DNA of 64,000 nucleotides from Halorarum halobium. GTDB taxonomy: Archaea; Halobacteriota; Halobacteria; Halobacteriales; Haloferacaceae. Positions within the stretch are counted from its first letter, which is position 1. Each line of letters starts with the position of its first letter. The notes beneath the pieces are model-generated. The model was not told the DNA's origin and ran no database searches. It saw nothing but the letters and a program-made list of their open reading frames with translations. Below are positions 19,718 through 28,628 of the stretch, one piece after another. The position numbers were made by a program, and so were the translations under genes. Location: NCBI RefSeq assembly GCF_032116555.1, contig NZ_CP134949.1, forward strand, positions 744,001-808,000, read 5' to 3'.

Positions 19718-20082
19718 TGAGTGGTTTTCACCTGGTATTCGCTGAGTGTTGACTGGTTTCGAACACTCACTCCTGTTTTTGGGGAGAGGGCAGAGGGTGC
19801 GAACACCCCCCTCTTGTCACGTGTCCGTGGTGACGCGATTTCACGCCCACTATGTAATATAATAGAAGTGTACGAAACAGAGGTTTAAAATTACCCTGCA
19901 GATGGCATGCGTCTTCGCGGCCCTCTCCCCCTCCCGGCGCTTGATTCTGAATTTTTCTTCGAGAGGTAGAGCGGGACAATTCATTTAAAAGACGGATGGC
20001 CATACTTCGATATCGGATACTTCCATTGAGGGAGAGAAGGACTCTTTTCCATCTCCTCTCTCTTCAAGTGGGATTACCTGAT

Positions 20083-20256
20083 GTCGGGATAGCTCAGTGA
20101 TTTAGAGCGGGCCAGCGTTCCGGGATGCTAAATCCCCCTCCCCTCCCCCTTACATCGTGCATACGTAGCTCGTGAAAGCCAGCAGGCTGTGAGTTGCATA
20201 TGTACCGAGAACGGAGCGGTGGCCGTCAGTCCCCGGTTCAAATCCGGGTCCCGACG
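20083..20256 (+). ncRNA. tRNA-like RNA 1; anticodon loop replaced by ~105-nt structured domain
   Basis: Acceptor GTCGGGA/TCCCGAC, D arm GCTC/GAGC, T arm CCCGG-TTCAAAT-CCGGG, stem GGCCA/TGGCC; no 7-nt anticodon loop and no BHB seen. Confidence 0.8.
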
Positions 20257-20270
20257 GTTCACATTTCACT

Positions 20271-20385
20271 GCCTCAGTAGCTCAGCTTGGTAGAAAGCGG
20301 CCTGAAGCACGGGGTGTACGTTCGTACGTGGCCCAACGCACAGGCGAAACCCGGAACCACGCAGGTTCAAATCCTGTCTGAGGCC
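20271..20385 (+). ncRNA. tRNA-like RNA 2; anticodon loop replaced by 36-nt insert
   Basis: Acceptor GCCTCAG/CTGAGGC, TAGCTCAG..TGGTAGA D region, T arm GCAGG-TTCAAAT-CCTGT, stem GCCTG/CAGGC; no U33, long variable region. Confidence 0.78.
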
Positions 20386-20393
20386 ATCCACGG

Positions 20394-20525
20394 ATGAAGC
20401 GATTACCCAGAAAGAGATGCACAGTATGCGGAGACTTGGTGATGAAGGGAAGATGCAGCCTCAGGTGCAGTCTCACGCTGATGCTTCGCCGTGGATTCAA
20501 CATCCAGGTGAACTACAATCGCTGA
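20394..20525 (+). CDS. putative 43-aa zinc-finger microprotein
   Basis: MKRLPRKRCTVCGDLVMKGRCSLRC...; stop overlaps the proposed helicase start. Confidence 0.55.
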   Translation: MKRLPRKRCTVCGDLVMKGRCSLRCSLTLMLRRGFNIQVNYNR

Positions 20526-22218
20526 CGAGTACAACCGACTGAAGGACGTCGAAGAAGAGGTAAACTCCATCAAGAATGCCGCCGACGGCATCGAATCTGT
20601 TCTCAAGGACATCGCCGACGAACGCAACAGGGAGGTCGAGGAGACGGCTATTCTGTTCCCTGCTCGCAGGGAGATAGTCATCCAGCATCCAGAAGAGGAG
20701 ACGAAGGAGTTACTGGGGCAGCTTGCCCACCTCGTTGATTCTACGGACGATGCTTTCATGTACAAGATACGCCGCGAGGATGTCTGGCAGAGTCCGTACG
20801 AGTTCCTCGACGAACTGATTGATGATCTACGGTCGGTGCTGCCGAGGAGGTCCCCTAATCTTGAGGAGTGGATTGAGAGGCGGTGGAAGCAGGCTCACCA
20901 GTTCACTCTCTATACGCACGAGGACGGGTTCACCGTCTTGGAGGCCGAGGACGCCGAGGTCATGGAGGATGTTGCCCGTCGGAAGCTGGAACACAACACG
21001 CATTATACGAAGCATCTGTCGGATACTGAGACTCGAATCACGGAGGGCAAGGAGGCAGATGTCAAGAAGGTTCTCTACGAGGCTAACTACCCTGTTCAGG
21101 ACCGGCGTGACTTGGAGCGAGGAGAAAGCCTCGACATTGAACTGGACCAGGACCTGAAGCTGCGTCCGTACCAGGAGGAGTGGATCCGCAGGTTCACCGA
21201 TATAGGGTCCGGCGTCTTCGTCGGTCCAAGCGGTTCAGGAAAAACAGTGGCTGGAATAGGCACGATGGAAGAAATCGGTGGTGAGACACTGATCCTTGTG
21301 CCGAAGCGTGAGTTGGCGACTCAATGGAAGCAGGAATTGATTAAGAAGACCAGCTTGAGTCCGCATCAGATCGGAGAGTATCACGGGGGGAAGAAGCAGA
21401 TTCGTCCGGTTACGATCGCCACGTACGATACTGCTGGTGCGAGCCGTCACAGGAAGCTGTTCAACGAGCGGGAGTGGGGCCTAATCATATATGACGAGTG
21501 CCAGCACATTCCTGCGAAGATCCACCGTAGGACGGCTAACTTGCAGTCTAAGCACCGTTTGGGACTCAGTGCTTCGCCAGTACGGGAAGATAAAAAGGAG
21601 AAGGAGATCTTCACGTTGATCGGCCAGCCGATCGGTACGGACTGGAACTCGCTTTTCGAGGATGGTTTCGTCCAGGAACCGGACGTCGAGATCCACAACG
21701 TGCCGTGGTCCTCAGACAATCAGAGACAAAAGTACAGGAATGCCGAAGGCCACGAGAAGAGGCAAGTCTCAGCGATGAACCCGGCCAAACTGGACCACCT
21801 GAAGGACGTCCTAGAGAAGCATGAGTCGGAGAAGACGTTGATCTTCGTGGACTGGATTGATCAGGGTGAGCACTACAGCAAGGAACTCGATATCCCGTTC
21901 TACAGTGGAGAAACAACTCACAATCAGAGAGAAGAGTACATCCAGGAGTTCAAGGACGGAGACCTGTCCACACTGATCGTCTCGCGAGTAGCGGACGAGG
22001 GAATCGATCTTCCCAACGCCGAGGTAGCAATCATCGCTTCAGGGCTCGGCGGTTCCCGCCGGCAGGGTACTCAGAGAGCAGGTAGGACCATGAGGCCAGA
22101 AGGAAGCTCTCAGGTGTATGTCCTCGGCACGAAGGGATCGAACGAGCAGGACTTTGTCCAGAGACAGATGCAGCACCTGCAGGAGAAGGGTGTGAACGTG
22201 ACAGAGACGGAGGTTTAA
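20518..22218 (+). CDS. XPB/Rad25-family SF2 DNA helicase
   Basis: LRPYQ, GPSGSGKT, IIYDECQH, GLSASP, EGIDLP, QRAGRTMR. Frame stays open 80 codons upstream of the track's ATG 20758, back to ATC 20518 after AGGTGA. Confidence 0.9.
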   Translation: MADEYNRLKDVEEEVNSIKNAADGIESVLKDIADERNREVEETAILFPARREIVIQHPEEETKELLGQLAHLVDSTDDAFMYKIRREDVWQSPYEFLDELIDDLRSVLPRRSPNLEEWIERRWKQAHQFTLYTHEDGFTVLEAEDAEVMEDVARRKLEHNTHYTKHLSDTETRITEGKEADVKKVLYEANYPVQDRRDLERGESLDIELDQDLKLRPYQEEWIRRFTDIGSGVFVGPSGSGKTVAGIGTMEEIGGETLILVPKRELATQWKQELIKKTSLSPHQIGEYHGGKKQIRPVTIATYDTAGASRHRKLFNEREWGLIIYDECQHIPAKIHRRTANLQSKHRLGLSASPVREDKKEKEIFTLIGQPIGTDWNSLFEDGFVQEPDVEIHNVPWSSDNQRQKYRNAEGHEKRQVSAMNPAKLDHLKDVLEKHESEKTLIFVDWIDQGEHYSKELDIPFYSGETTHNQREEYIQEFKDGDLSTLIVSRVADEGIDLPNAEVAIIASGLGGSRRQGTQRAGRTMRPEGSSQVYVLGTKGSNEQDFVQRQMQHLQEKGVNVTETEV

Positions 22219-22248
22219 GCCACAGGACGCACGATAGTCGAGTAATAG

Positions 22249-22731
22249 ATGGCGTGGAACGCTCTTGCGGACAGGATTCTCGCCGGCAGTAAGCGGAAGA
22301 AGGAGATCGAGGTCGAGAACCAGTCGGACTACGACCGGTGGCTGTCCGAGCTATACTCTGAGATCGAAGTCTTCGTGAAGCGAGTCAGCGCCCTGGACTT
22401 AGAGGAGGCAGAACAGCGGGACAAGTTCTACGAGTTCGTCGGGAGGTTATCTGATCGTCTCGAGAATCTTCGTGAACGTAGTGAGGCTTCTGCCGCACCT
22501 GCTGAGGCATTGATCCGGTTGGAGGAGTTGATTGAGGTGATGAACGAGTCGTCTTCCAAGGTACATGTCTCGGTAGCGTACATCGGGGATGACCCGTTTG
22601 AGAAGGCGAAGCGGGAGAAGAAGAGGGAGAAACGCAGGCAGGAGAAGATAGGGCAGTTGCGTGAGAAGCGGGACGAGATCGCGGATCAGATCCAGGAGGT
22701 TACTGAAGCCTTTGAGGAAGACGATTCTTAG
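22249..22731 (+). CDS. helical/coiled-coil hypothetical protein
   Basis: 160 aa, operonic. Confidence 0.7.
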   Translation: MAWNALADRILAGSKRKKEIEVENQSDYDRWLSELYSEIEVFVKRVSALDLEEAEQRDKFYEFVGRLSDRLENLRERSEASAAPAEALIRLEELIEVMNESSSKVHVSVAYIGDDPFEKAKREKKREKRRQEKIGQLREKRDEIADQIQEVTEAFEEDDS

Positions 22732-22742
22732 TCCACTGGTAG

Positions 22743-23621
22743 ATGTCGATCCTCTGCATCAGTGATATCCTGTGGGAGACTCAGGACAAGGATATCCTGG
22801 AAACGCTGAAAAGTGAGATAAGCGGCAAAGATCCCTCGTTGGTTCTCTTCGCAGGCGACGTGATCAACGACGGGATGAACAGCGATGAGCACACCGCCGA
22901 ATTTCTCGAACTGCTTGAATACTTGGAGGAGTTGGAGATCACGTCGTTCACGATAGAGGGAAACCACGACGAGTATTCTGATTACGACGCGGTGGTAGAG
23001 CGAACGGAGGATTTAGAGTATGCTCGGGAGATCTCAGGGGAAGTAGCTGAGTTCAATGGACTCCAGATTTTGGGGATTCCATTTTCCGATACTCATCGTC
23101 TCGGGAAGGCACGGCAGATCAGCGAGGAGTTCCCGGGAAGCTATGATATTGTTTTAGCGCATGCAGAAACTTCCCGCAGGATCTGGCTCCTTGAACTTGA
23201 TGCCGGAATCATCGTTACAGGTCATGTTGCTGCGGAACTCTGCCGGATCCACGACCATGTCTTTGTGTCGATGGGGTCGTATCCCGGTCAGAGGGCTGTG
23301 ATCAGTACGGGGTTGGATGAACTGCTGTATCAGCGGCGTGCGGACTCGTTCTTTGCCAGTCAGGACGAGTATGAGGCTGAGGTGAAAATAGAGGACGGTG
23401 AACTGACTTGGATACGTGATGAAGAGGAGTCTGATAGGGTTGGTTTGAGGGGGTTGAAGGATTCTAATTACCCTGACCGCTTTGAGAGACTTATTTCTGC
23501 GAAGAAGCGGGTCCAGGATGTGAATGAAGATGAGGAAAGAAGGATTATCGAGGATTTGCTGGATAGCGGGGTTCCCAAAACCCATATCCGGGAGTATATC
23601 AATCGTTATGACTTTCTGTAG
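22743..23621 (+). CDS. calcineurin-like metallophosphoesterase
   Basis: ISD, AGDVIN, EGNHD, LAH and TGH motifs. Confidence 0.88.
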   Translation: MSILCISDILWETQDKDILETLKSEISGKDPSLVLFAGDVINDGMNSDEHTAEFLELLEYLEELEITSFTIEGNHDEYSDYDAVVERTEDLEYAREISGEVAEFNGLQILGIPFSDTHRLGKARQISEEFPGSYDIVLAHAETSRRIWLLELDAGIIVTGHVAAELCRIHDHVFVSMGSYPGQRAVISTGLDELLYQRRADSFFASQDEYEAEVKIEDGELTWIRDEEESDRVGLRGLKDSNYPDRFERLISAKKRVQDVNEDEERRIIEDLLDSGVPKTHIREYINRYDFL

Positions 23622-23673
23622 ATGCTTGACGAAGCTGCCACTTTTATAAATAATATTTCACTAATGAGGGACT

Positions 23674-24204
23674 ATGAAGCTGCGTCTCCTCACACTTTCC
23701 CTGATACTCTTTACTAGCCTTTCAGCGGCTCAAAGCTCTAACAACACGACTATCGACTCGAGTCCTGGGCTGGTGAAGGCTGATTCTCCGATCTACAGCT
23801 TGGACGTAGCCTTCGATAACATGCTTCAGACGGCGGGCATGGTATCTGCCGGCGATGTGGCGGTCGAACGTGCGTCGGAGGTAGCCGTAGCTCACCGGAG
23901 AAACCACTCCGCTGCTGCAAGTGAAGCTCTGGATCAGCTGCAGGTCGTCGCCCAGGAAGCGAATAACCGGAACCGAGAGAAACTGCAGAGGGCAGGGGAG
24001 ATCCTGAACCAGGTGAAGAAACAAGTTCCCGAGCAAGCGCAGAAGGGAATTAAGACGGCTCTCCAGAACGTGGAACGGGCGAAGAACCGTGTTCCGCAAG
24101 AGTTCACCGCTGACAGTGGCGGAGCACTTCCTGATATCGAGGTGCCTGGCGGAGCCGGTGACCGAGATCTCGATGTGCCCGGCGGAAACACGAGTGGGAG
24201 GTGA
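23674..24204 (+). CDS. secreted DUF5667-like helical protein
   Basis: Signal peptide; PGLVKADSPIYSLDVAFDN...AVERASE; TTTATAAA about 30 nt upstream. Confidence 0.7.
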   Translation: MKLRLLTLSLILFTSLSAAQSSNNTTIDSSPGLVKADSPIYSLDVAFDNMLQTAGMVSAGDVAVERASEVAVAHRRNHSAAASEALDQLQVVAQEANNRNREKLQRAGEILNQVKKQVPEQAQKGIKTALQNVERAKNRVPQEFTADSGGALPDIEVPGGAGDRDLDVPGGNTSGR

Positions 24205-24215
24205 CTCTCTAGTCG

Positions 24216-24821
24216 GTGGGACTGCGAGCGATACTCAGTAAGATTGTTAGCAGCAGGTTGTTCCCGCCGTATCTCCTCTACAAGCTATTGGAGAAGCTGA
24301 ATCTACTGTATATCGCGTGGTTCCTTGTCCTGGTACTGCCGTCGCTGATCGGCACCTACGCCAACCTGATCGACAAAGGCGTACACCCACTGATTTCGGT
24401 ATTCGCTACGGTCGGCATCCAGTTCGGTGGCCAGGCGATTGAGGTGTGGAACGCTTTCTGGCAGATACAGGGAGCTTCTGTCGGTGAAGCATTAGTGATT
24501 TTCTTCGGGTCGGCAGCGTCGATTCTCCGCTTTCTCTGGTACTACTACGTGTTCAACTGGATTGCGGATAACATGGAGCCGACGGTCAGCAACTTCTCGA
24601 AATTTATCGTCGGCACGTTCCTGCTGGCGATGTCGACGATTATCGCGTTGATGGTCGACTTGTATGCTCTCCCGGCTGGAACTCACTTATCCGGGTATAC
24701 CTACGTCTTGGCGAATCCGGGGATCGTCCTTGATCCGTTAAGTCAGATCGTAGTTCAGTCGCCTGCCGAGCCTGCTGAGGCTTTAAATAGAACACTGAAC
24801 AATTCCAGTGTAGGTGGATAG
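24216..24821 (+). CDS. polytopic membrane protein
   Basis: 201 aa, about 4 TM. Confidence 0.75.
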   Translation: MGLRAILSKIVSSRLFPPYLLYKLLEKLNLLYIAWFLVLVLPSLIGTYANLIDKGVHPLISVFATVGIQFGGQAIEVWNAFWQIQGASVGEALVIFFGSAASILRFLWYYYVFNWIADNMEPTVSNFSKFIVGTFLLAMSTIIALMVDLYALPAGTHLSGYTYVLANPGIVLDPLSQIVVQSPAEPAEALNRTLNNSSVGG

Positions 24822-24824
24822 TTT

Positions 24825-25358
24825 TTGCCGGAAGACGATGTCCTTGAGCAGCAGGTATTCAGGATAGACGACGACTGGAGTAGGAGTGACGAAAAACAGA
24901 AGGAAGACGTGATGAACGCTGTCCTGAGAAAGCGGGAACGCGCTTTGCGGAAAGCCCGTGAAGCAATGGACCAACGGTACAGTCGGGGAACGAACGCCGG
25001 CACGGAGATCGGCTGGCTATACTTCTTTGCCTACGAAAATCTGAATGCTGCCGTCAACCAGGCCAACCTGAATGGCGACGGCGTCTCCGAGAAACTGGAG
25101 GACCTGGTTCACGAGTTCCACGAAGCGGTGAAGATCTACGACCGAGAAGGCGAGGAAGTCGTGAAGGAATACACGCCGCATGATATGCTAAAATGGAGCC
25201 AGGAAGCCGAGGAAATCCGGCGTATGCCTGCTCCAATGAGGAAGGTGATGGATGAGAATGGGGAGAAGATCCACCAGTTGATCGGGTTCGCTTACAGCGG
25301 AACTGAGGCTGTCACCGAAGGCAGCAGCGAGGACGAAAATCGGGGACCTGAAGGGTGA
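24825..25358 (+). CDS. hypothetical helical protein
   Basis: 177 aa, TTG start after AGGTGG. Confidence 0.7.
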   Translation: MPEDDVLEQQVFRIDDDWSRSDEKQKEDVMNAVLRKRERALRKAREAMDQRYSRGTNAGTEIGWLYFFAYENLNAAVNQANLNGDGVSEKLEDLVHEFHEAVKIYDREGEEVVKEYTPHDMLKWSQEAEEIRRMPAPMRKVMDENGEKIHQLIGFAYSGTEAVTEGSSEDENRGPEG

Positions 25359-25365
25359 CTAATCG

Positions 25366-28056
25366 CTGGCCTTAGCCACTCCGTTCAAGTTCCTGAATGA
25401 CCTCGAAGACGTTCTCACCAGCTACAATGAGGGACAGAAGGAGAACTCTGAGAACAACAATCTCGTCGTACCTGGCATCCCTCGATCGGGGAAAGGACAG
25501 GTCACGGGCTGGGCGAAGGAGCACGGACTGGCTGGTGACCACATCAAATTATTCGAAACACATGCTACCAAGATATCGCACCTGGCGGAGATCTTCCAGT
25601 TTCTCTTGCCGAACGGGTTCTTCCTGAACCGGGATTCCCGGGACATCGTCGAGTCGATTCAGGAGCAACTGGAGCGAGGTTCGTATCGAGAGCCAGTCCT
25701 CGACACCAGTGACTTGGACGAATTATTGGAGTTGCATGAGTTGGCTCCTCCGCCGCAGCGTATCGAGAAAATCGACGAGTTCCTCGAGAAAGAGTCGAAC
25801 CATAGTCTCTGCCAGAGACTGGAAGAAGCGAAGGAGAAGCAGGTGGGGATCAAGAACCGGCTGGAGCAGATCCATAGTCAATGCTATACTAATCCGAACG
25901 TCCCGGACACCTTCAGGAAGAACTACACGGACGGCTTGAACCGGAGCTTCGACATCCAGGTCTTCACACCGATCTCCCGGAATATGCCGACTGGAGAGGT
26001 CCCAGACTTTTTCGAGCCGTTCGGAGTACCGGTCGACGCCTTTGAGCGGTACGAGAACCTGAAGTGGGGCTTGCAGATCGTCCACGGGGATTCCAGCTAC
26101 GGCGACTACAAATACATCTATAGAAGGGTCGTCGACGTCGGGGACTCCAGCTTCGAGGACCTGAAGAACGTCGGAGAGCTCAAGGACAGCAAGCACTCCG
26201 TGGAAAGAGAGTACGGCGACGGCCAGACCTTCACCGTCAGCCGTGTAGTCAACGAGGAGAACGCCCGGAAAGCGTTTGAGAGAGACTGGGAGGACACGTT
26301 CGGTACTCAGGGCGTAGTCTGCTCTTCCGGCTTCGACCACACATTACGGGAACGCTTGAAGGAGGCGATGCTTTCAGACGAGCCGGATATCATCTGTCTC
26401 TACACCGGTTTTCTCAGCGATGAGACGGTGCGGAAGTTCGTCATGGTGTATTTCATGGAGACGATGTTCGATATCGTCCGCAACCTTTCCGGCAGTGAGC
26501 TCAAGAAATTGGACCGGCAGTTCATCGCGTCGATGATCGAGGCCCAAGAAGTGGTGAAGAAGTCGACGAAGGACACCAAACTCAGTACAGCGGACAAGGT
26601 GTTCAACCGGTTCGTGAAGGAGGCGATGAACGACTCCGGGCACTACAACTTCAACTTCTGGGTTGACTCCAAGCCCAGTGAGACGCATCAGATCCTGTTG
26701 TCGAAGGCGTCGAAGCGTATCATCACCCGGATGAACAAGGAGGACGTCGAGTCCTGGTACAACGGCGACACTCGGAAGAAGCTGAAGAAGGCTTTCAGCG
26801 ACGAACGGAACTACGCCTCGCTCGACGGCAGGTATCCGGAGTTCGGGTACGGTTTCATCTACATGAGTGACGGCATCGTCGAGTGGGATACCACGAGTGG
26901 TTTGAAGACGTACGGTCACCGGTTGCCGTGTCCGCGGATGTGTGTTCAAGATCCATTGGACGAGATTTCGAACAGTGACTGGAGTTTCTTCACCGAGGAA
27001 CTCGGCATGGATTCGATGCGTTTCCAGGAGTACCAGGACGCACTTTTCAAGGAGGACTGGGAAGCCAGCGCCGAAGCGTACATTGAAGAACGGGAGCGCA
27101 AGGAGCGTGAGAAGCAGAAGGAGAAGGAGGAAGAGGAGAAGACGAAGAAGGAGATGCGGAAGTCCGTGGCCTGCTCCAAGCTCGAGGCCAAGGTCTCCGA
27201 CATGGATGAACTGCCGTCGAAGTGGAAGCCGACTCACGAGGAGATCCTTGCGGAGATGAAGGAGGAAGACCTGGTGCCGGACGATTTCGAGCGCCGGACC
27301 ATCGAGAACTACACAAAGGAACGCCGTAGCGACTTGGAGGAGAATTTCAACAAGGGCAGCGACGAGGATATCGATGTCGAGCAGGTAGCGAATGAACTGA
27401 AAACCTTGGAGAGGAACGGGAAGCCCGCCTTTGTCTACGGACCGAAGTCAAAATCAGATAAGGAGATCTTGGCGAAGCAGTACATCCTGAAGAACCACGA
27501 TGTCGACGAGAGTGTTGCCGAGGATAAAGCGGAGGAGGCGACGAGTATCGCTCTCATGGACTTGAAACTGGAGGGCATCATCGACGGAAATTATCGGGTC
27601 AAAGACGAGTACGAGGATCCGGAGGAGTACAAGGCGATTATGGGTATGGGCCGGGGTGAAGCATCGGAGCAGGAATCACAGGAAGAAGAGCAGTCAGAGA
27701 CAGAGGATTCTGAGGACAACGAAACGGAGTATGTGGAGGTCCGGATAACTTCTGAAGTTCCAGAGGTCAGAGGCACTGACTTGGATGTCTACGGCCCATT
27801 TGAGAAGGACGAGGTTGTGGAAGTTCCGGAGGACAACGCGGATATTCTCGTCAATAGAGGAAAGGCAGAGTTCGTAGAGAACGGAGAATCAGAGAATGAG
27901 ACTTCTGAAGACGATGCTGAGGAGTTACAGGAAGCTCCGGGTGAAGAATGGCTGTGTACGTGTGGATCCTTCAACGAGGAAGACCGGGCCGTATGCCGGA
28001 ACCCGAAGTGTACGAAGACCTTTGAAGAAGTCGAGGAAGAACAGAGTTCAGAGTAG
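25366..28056 (+). CDS. divergent HerA/VirB4-like P-loop ATPase with C-terminal GINS B-like domain and RanBP2-type Zn finger
   Basis: In-frame extension to CTG 25366 supplies NLVVPGIPRSGKG (Walker A-like); FIASMIEAQE (Walker B-like); C-terminal VRITSEVPEVRGTDLDVYGPFEKDEVVEVPEDNADILVNRGKAE and WLCTCGSFN..C..PKC. Confidence 0.72.
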   Translation: MALATPFKFLNDLEDVLTSYNEGQKENSENNNLVVPGIPRSGKGQVTGWAKEHGLAGDHIKLFETHATKISHLAEIFQFLLPNGFFLNRDSRDIVESIQEQLERGSYREPVLDTSDLDELLELHELAPPPQRIEKIDEFLEKESNHSLCQRLEEAKEKQVGIKNRLEQIHSQCYTNPNVPDTFRKNYTDGLNRSFDIQVFTPISRNMPTGEVPDFFEPFGVPVDAFERYENLKWGLQIVHGDSSYGDYKYIYRRVVDVGDSSFEDLKNVGELKDSKHSVEREYGDGQTFTVSRVVNEENARKAFERDWEDTFGTQGVVCSSGFDHTLRERLKEAMLSDEPDIICLYTGFLSDETVRKFVMVYFMETMFDIVRNLSGSELKKLDRQFIASMIEAQEVVKKSTKDTKLSTADKVFNRFVKEAMNDSGHYNFNFWVDSKPSETHQILLSKASKRIITRMNKEDVESWYNGDTRKKLKKAFSDERNYASLDGRYPEFGYGFIYMSDGIVEWDTTSGLKTYGHRLPCPRMCVQDPLDEISNSDWSFFTEELGMDSMRFQEYQDALFKEDWEASAEAYIEERERKEREKQKEKEEEEKTKKEMRKSVACSKLEAKVSDMDELPSKWKPTHEEILAEMKEEDLVPDDFERRTIENYTKERRSDLEENFNKGSDEDIDVEQVANELKTLERNGKPAFVYGPKSKSDKEILAKQYILKNHDVDESVAEDKAEEATSIALMDLKLEGIIDGNYRVKDEYEDPEEYKAIMGMGRGEASEQESQEEEQSETEDSEDNETEYVEVRITSEVPEVRGTDLDVYGPFEKDEVVEVPEDNADILVNRGKAEFVENGESENETSEDDAEELQEAPGEEWLCTCGSFNEEDRAVCRNPKCTKTFEEVEEEQSSE

Positions 28057-28470
28057 TTCTTTACCCTCTCCGTGCTTCAGTCCTAACACGATGAAGGGCC
28101 GAGCCTCTTGGAATTTCTCGGTTGGCTCGATCTCTTCGCCCAGTTTTTTCTTCCAGTTGTGGGTGAAGACGAAGATGTCCGTGCCGTCGCGTTTTCCTAC
28201 GTGCTCTAGTATTCCTTCGTCCTCAAGGCTGTCCAGGAATCTGTATTCCCAGTCCCCGCCTTTTGTGCCGATGATGTCGGTGAGTTCGTATTTGCTGTAG
28301 ACTCTGTCGCTGTCCGAGAAGTCTTGGTTATTCCTTACAGGTTCAGTGAACGGGAGTTTATCTTTGGCCCAGGTGATCCCCCCGGTCCATAGCTTCCAGC
28401 TCTCAGGGTCGTGTTCGACCAGATTTTTAATATATTGGTATGCCTTCGGGTTTTCCCCGTCGATCTCCAT
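28048..28470 (-). CDS. winged-helix-like protein
   Basis: YSKYELTDIIG...FLDSLEDEGILEHVG. Confidence 0.6.
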   Translation of the reverse strand: MEIDGENPKAYQYIKNLVEHDPESWKLWTGGITWAKDKLPFTEPVRNNQDFSDSDRVYSKYELTDIIGTKGGDWEYRFLDSLEDEGILEHVGKRDGTDIFVFTHNWKKKLGEEIEPTEKFQEARPFIVLGLKHGEGKELL

Positions 28471-28534
28471 GATATTCTACTGTAGTCTTGTTCTTTTTAA
28501 GTATAACACGGGCTTTTAGAGTCCGGTAGAATAG

Positions 28535-28584
28535 ACCTTTATAAACACATTCTGTCATTTGTGTGGTATGACGTTTGATAGTAT
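28535..28584 (+). promoter_or_regulatory. TATA promoter with downstream GTTTGATAGTAT motif (copy 2)
   Basis: ACCTTTATAA-N3-CATTCT...GTTTGATAGTAT. Confidence 0.6.
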
Positions 28585-28628
28585 CCCTGCTACGAGCCTC
28601 CCCGGGCGAGTAGGGGGAGGTGGTTATT

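Noticed and set aside
20083..20385. Ordinary intron-containing tRNA genes, or att-site tRNA remnants
   Set aside because: No U33/anticodon or bulge-helix-bulge could be placed; both 5' and 3' halves are present and they lie mid-element.
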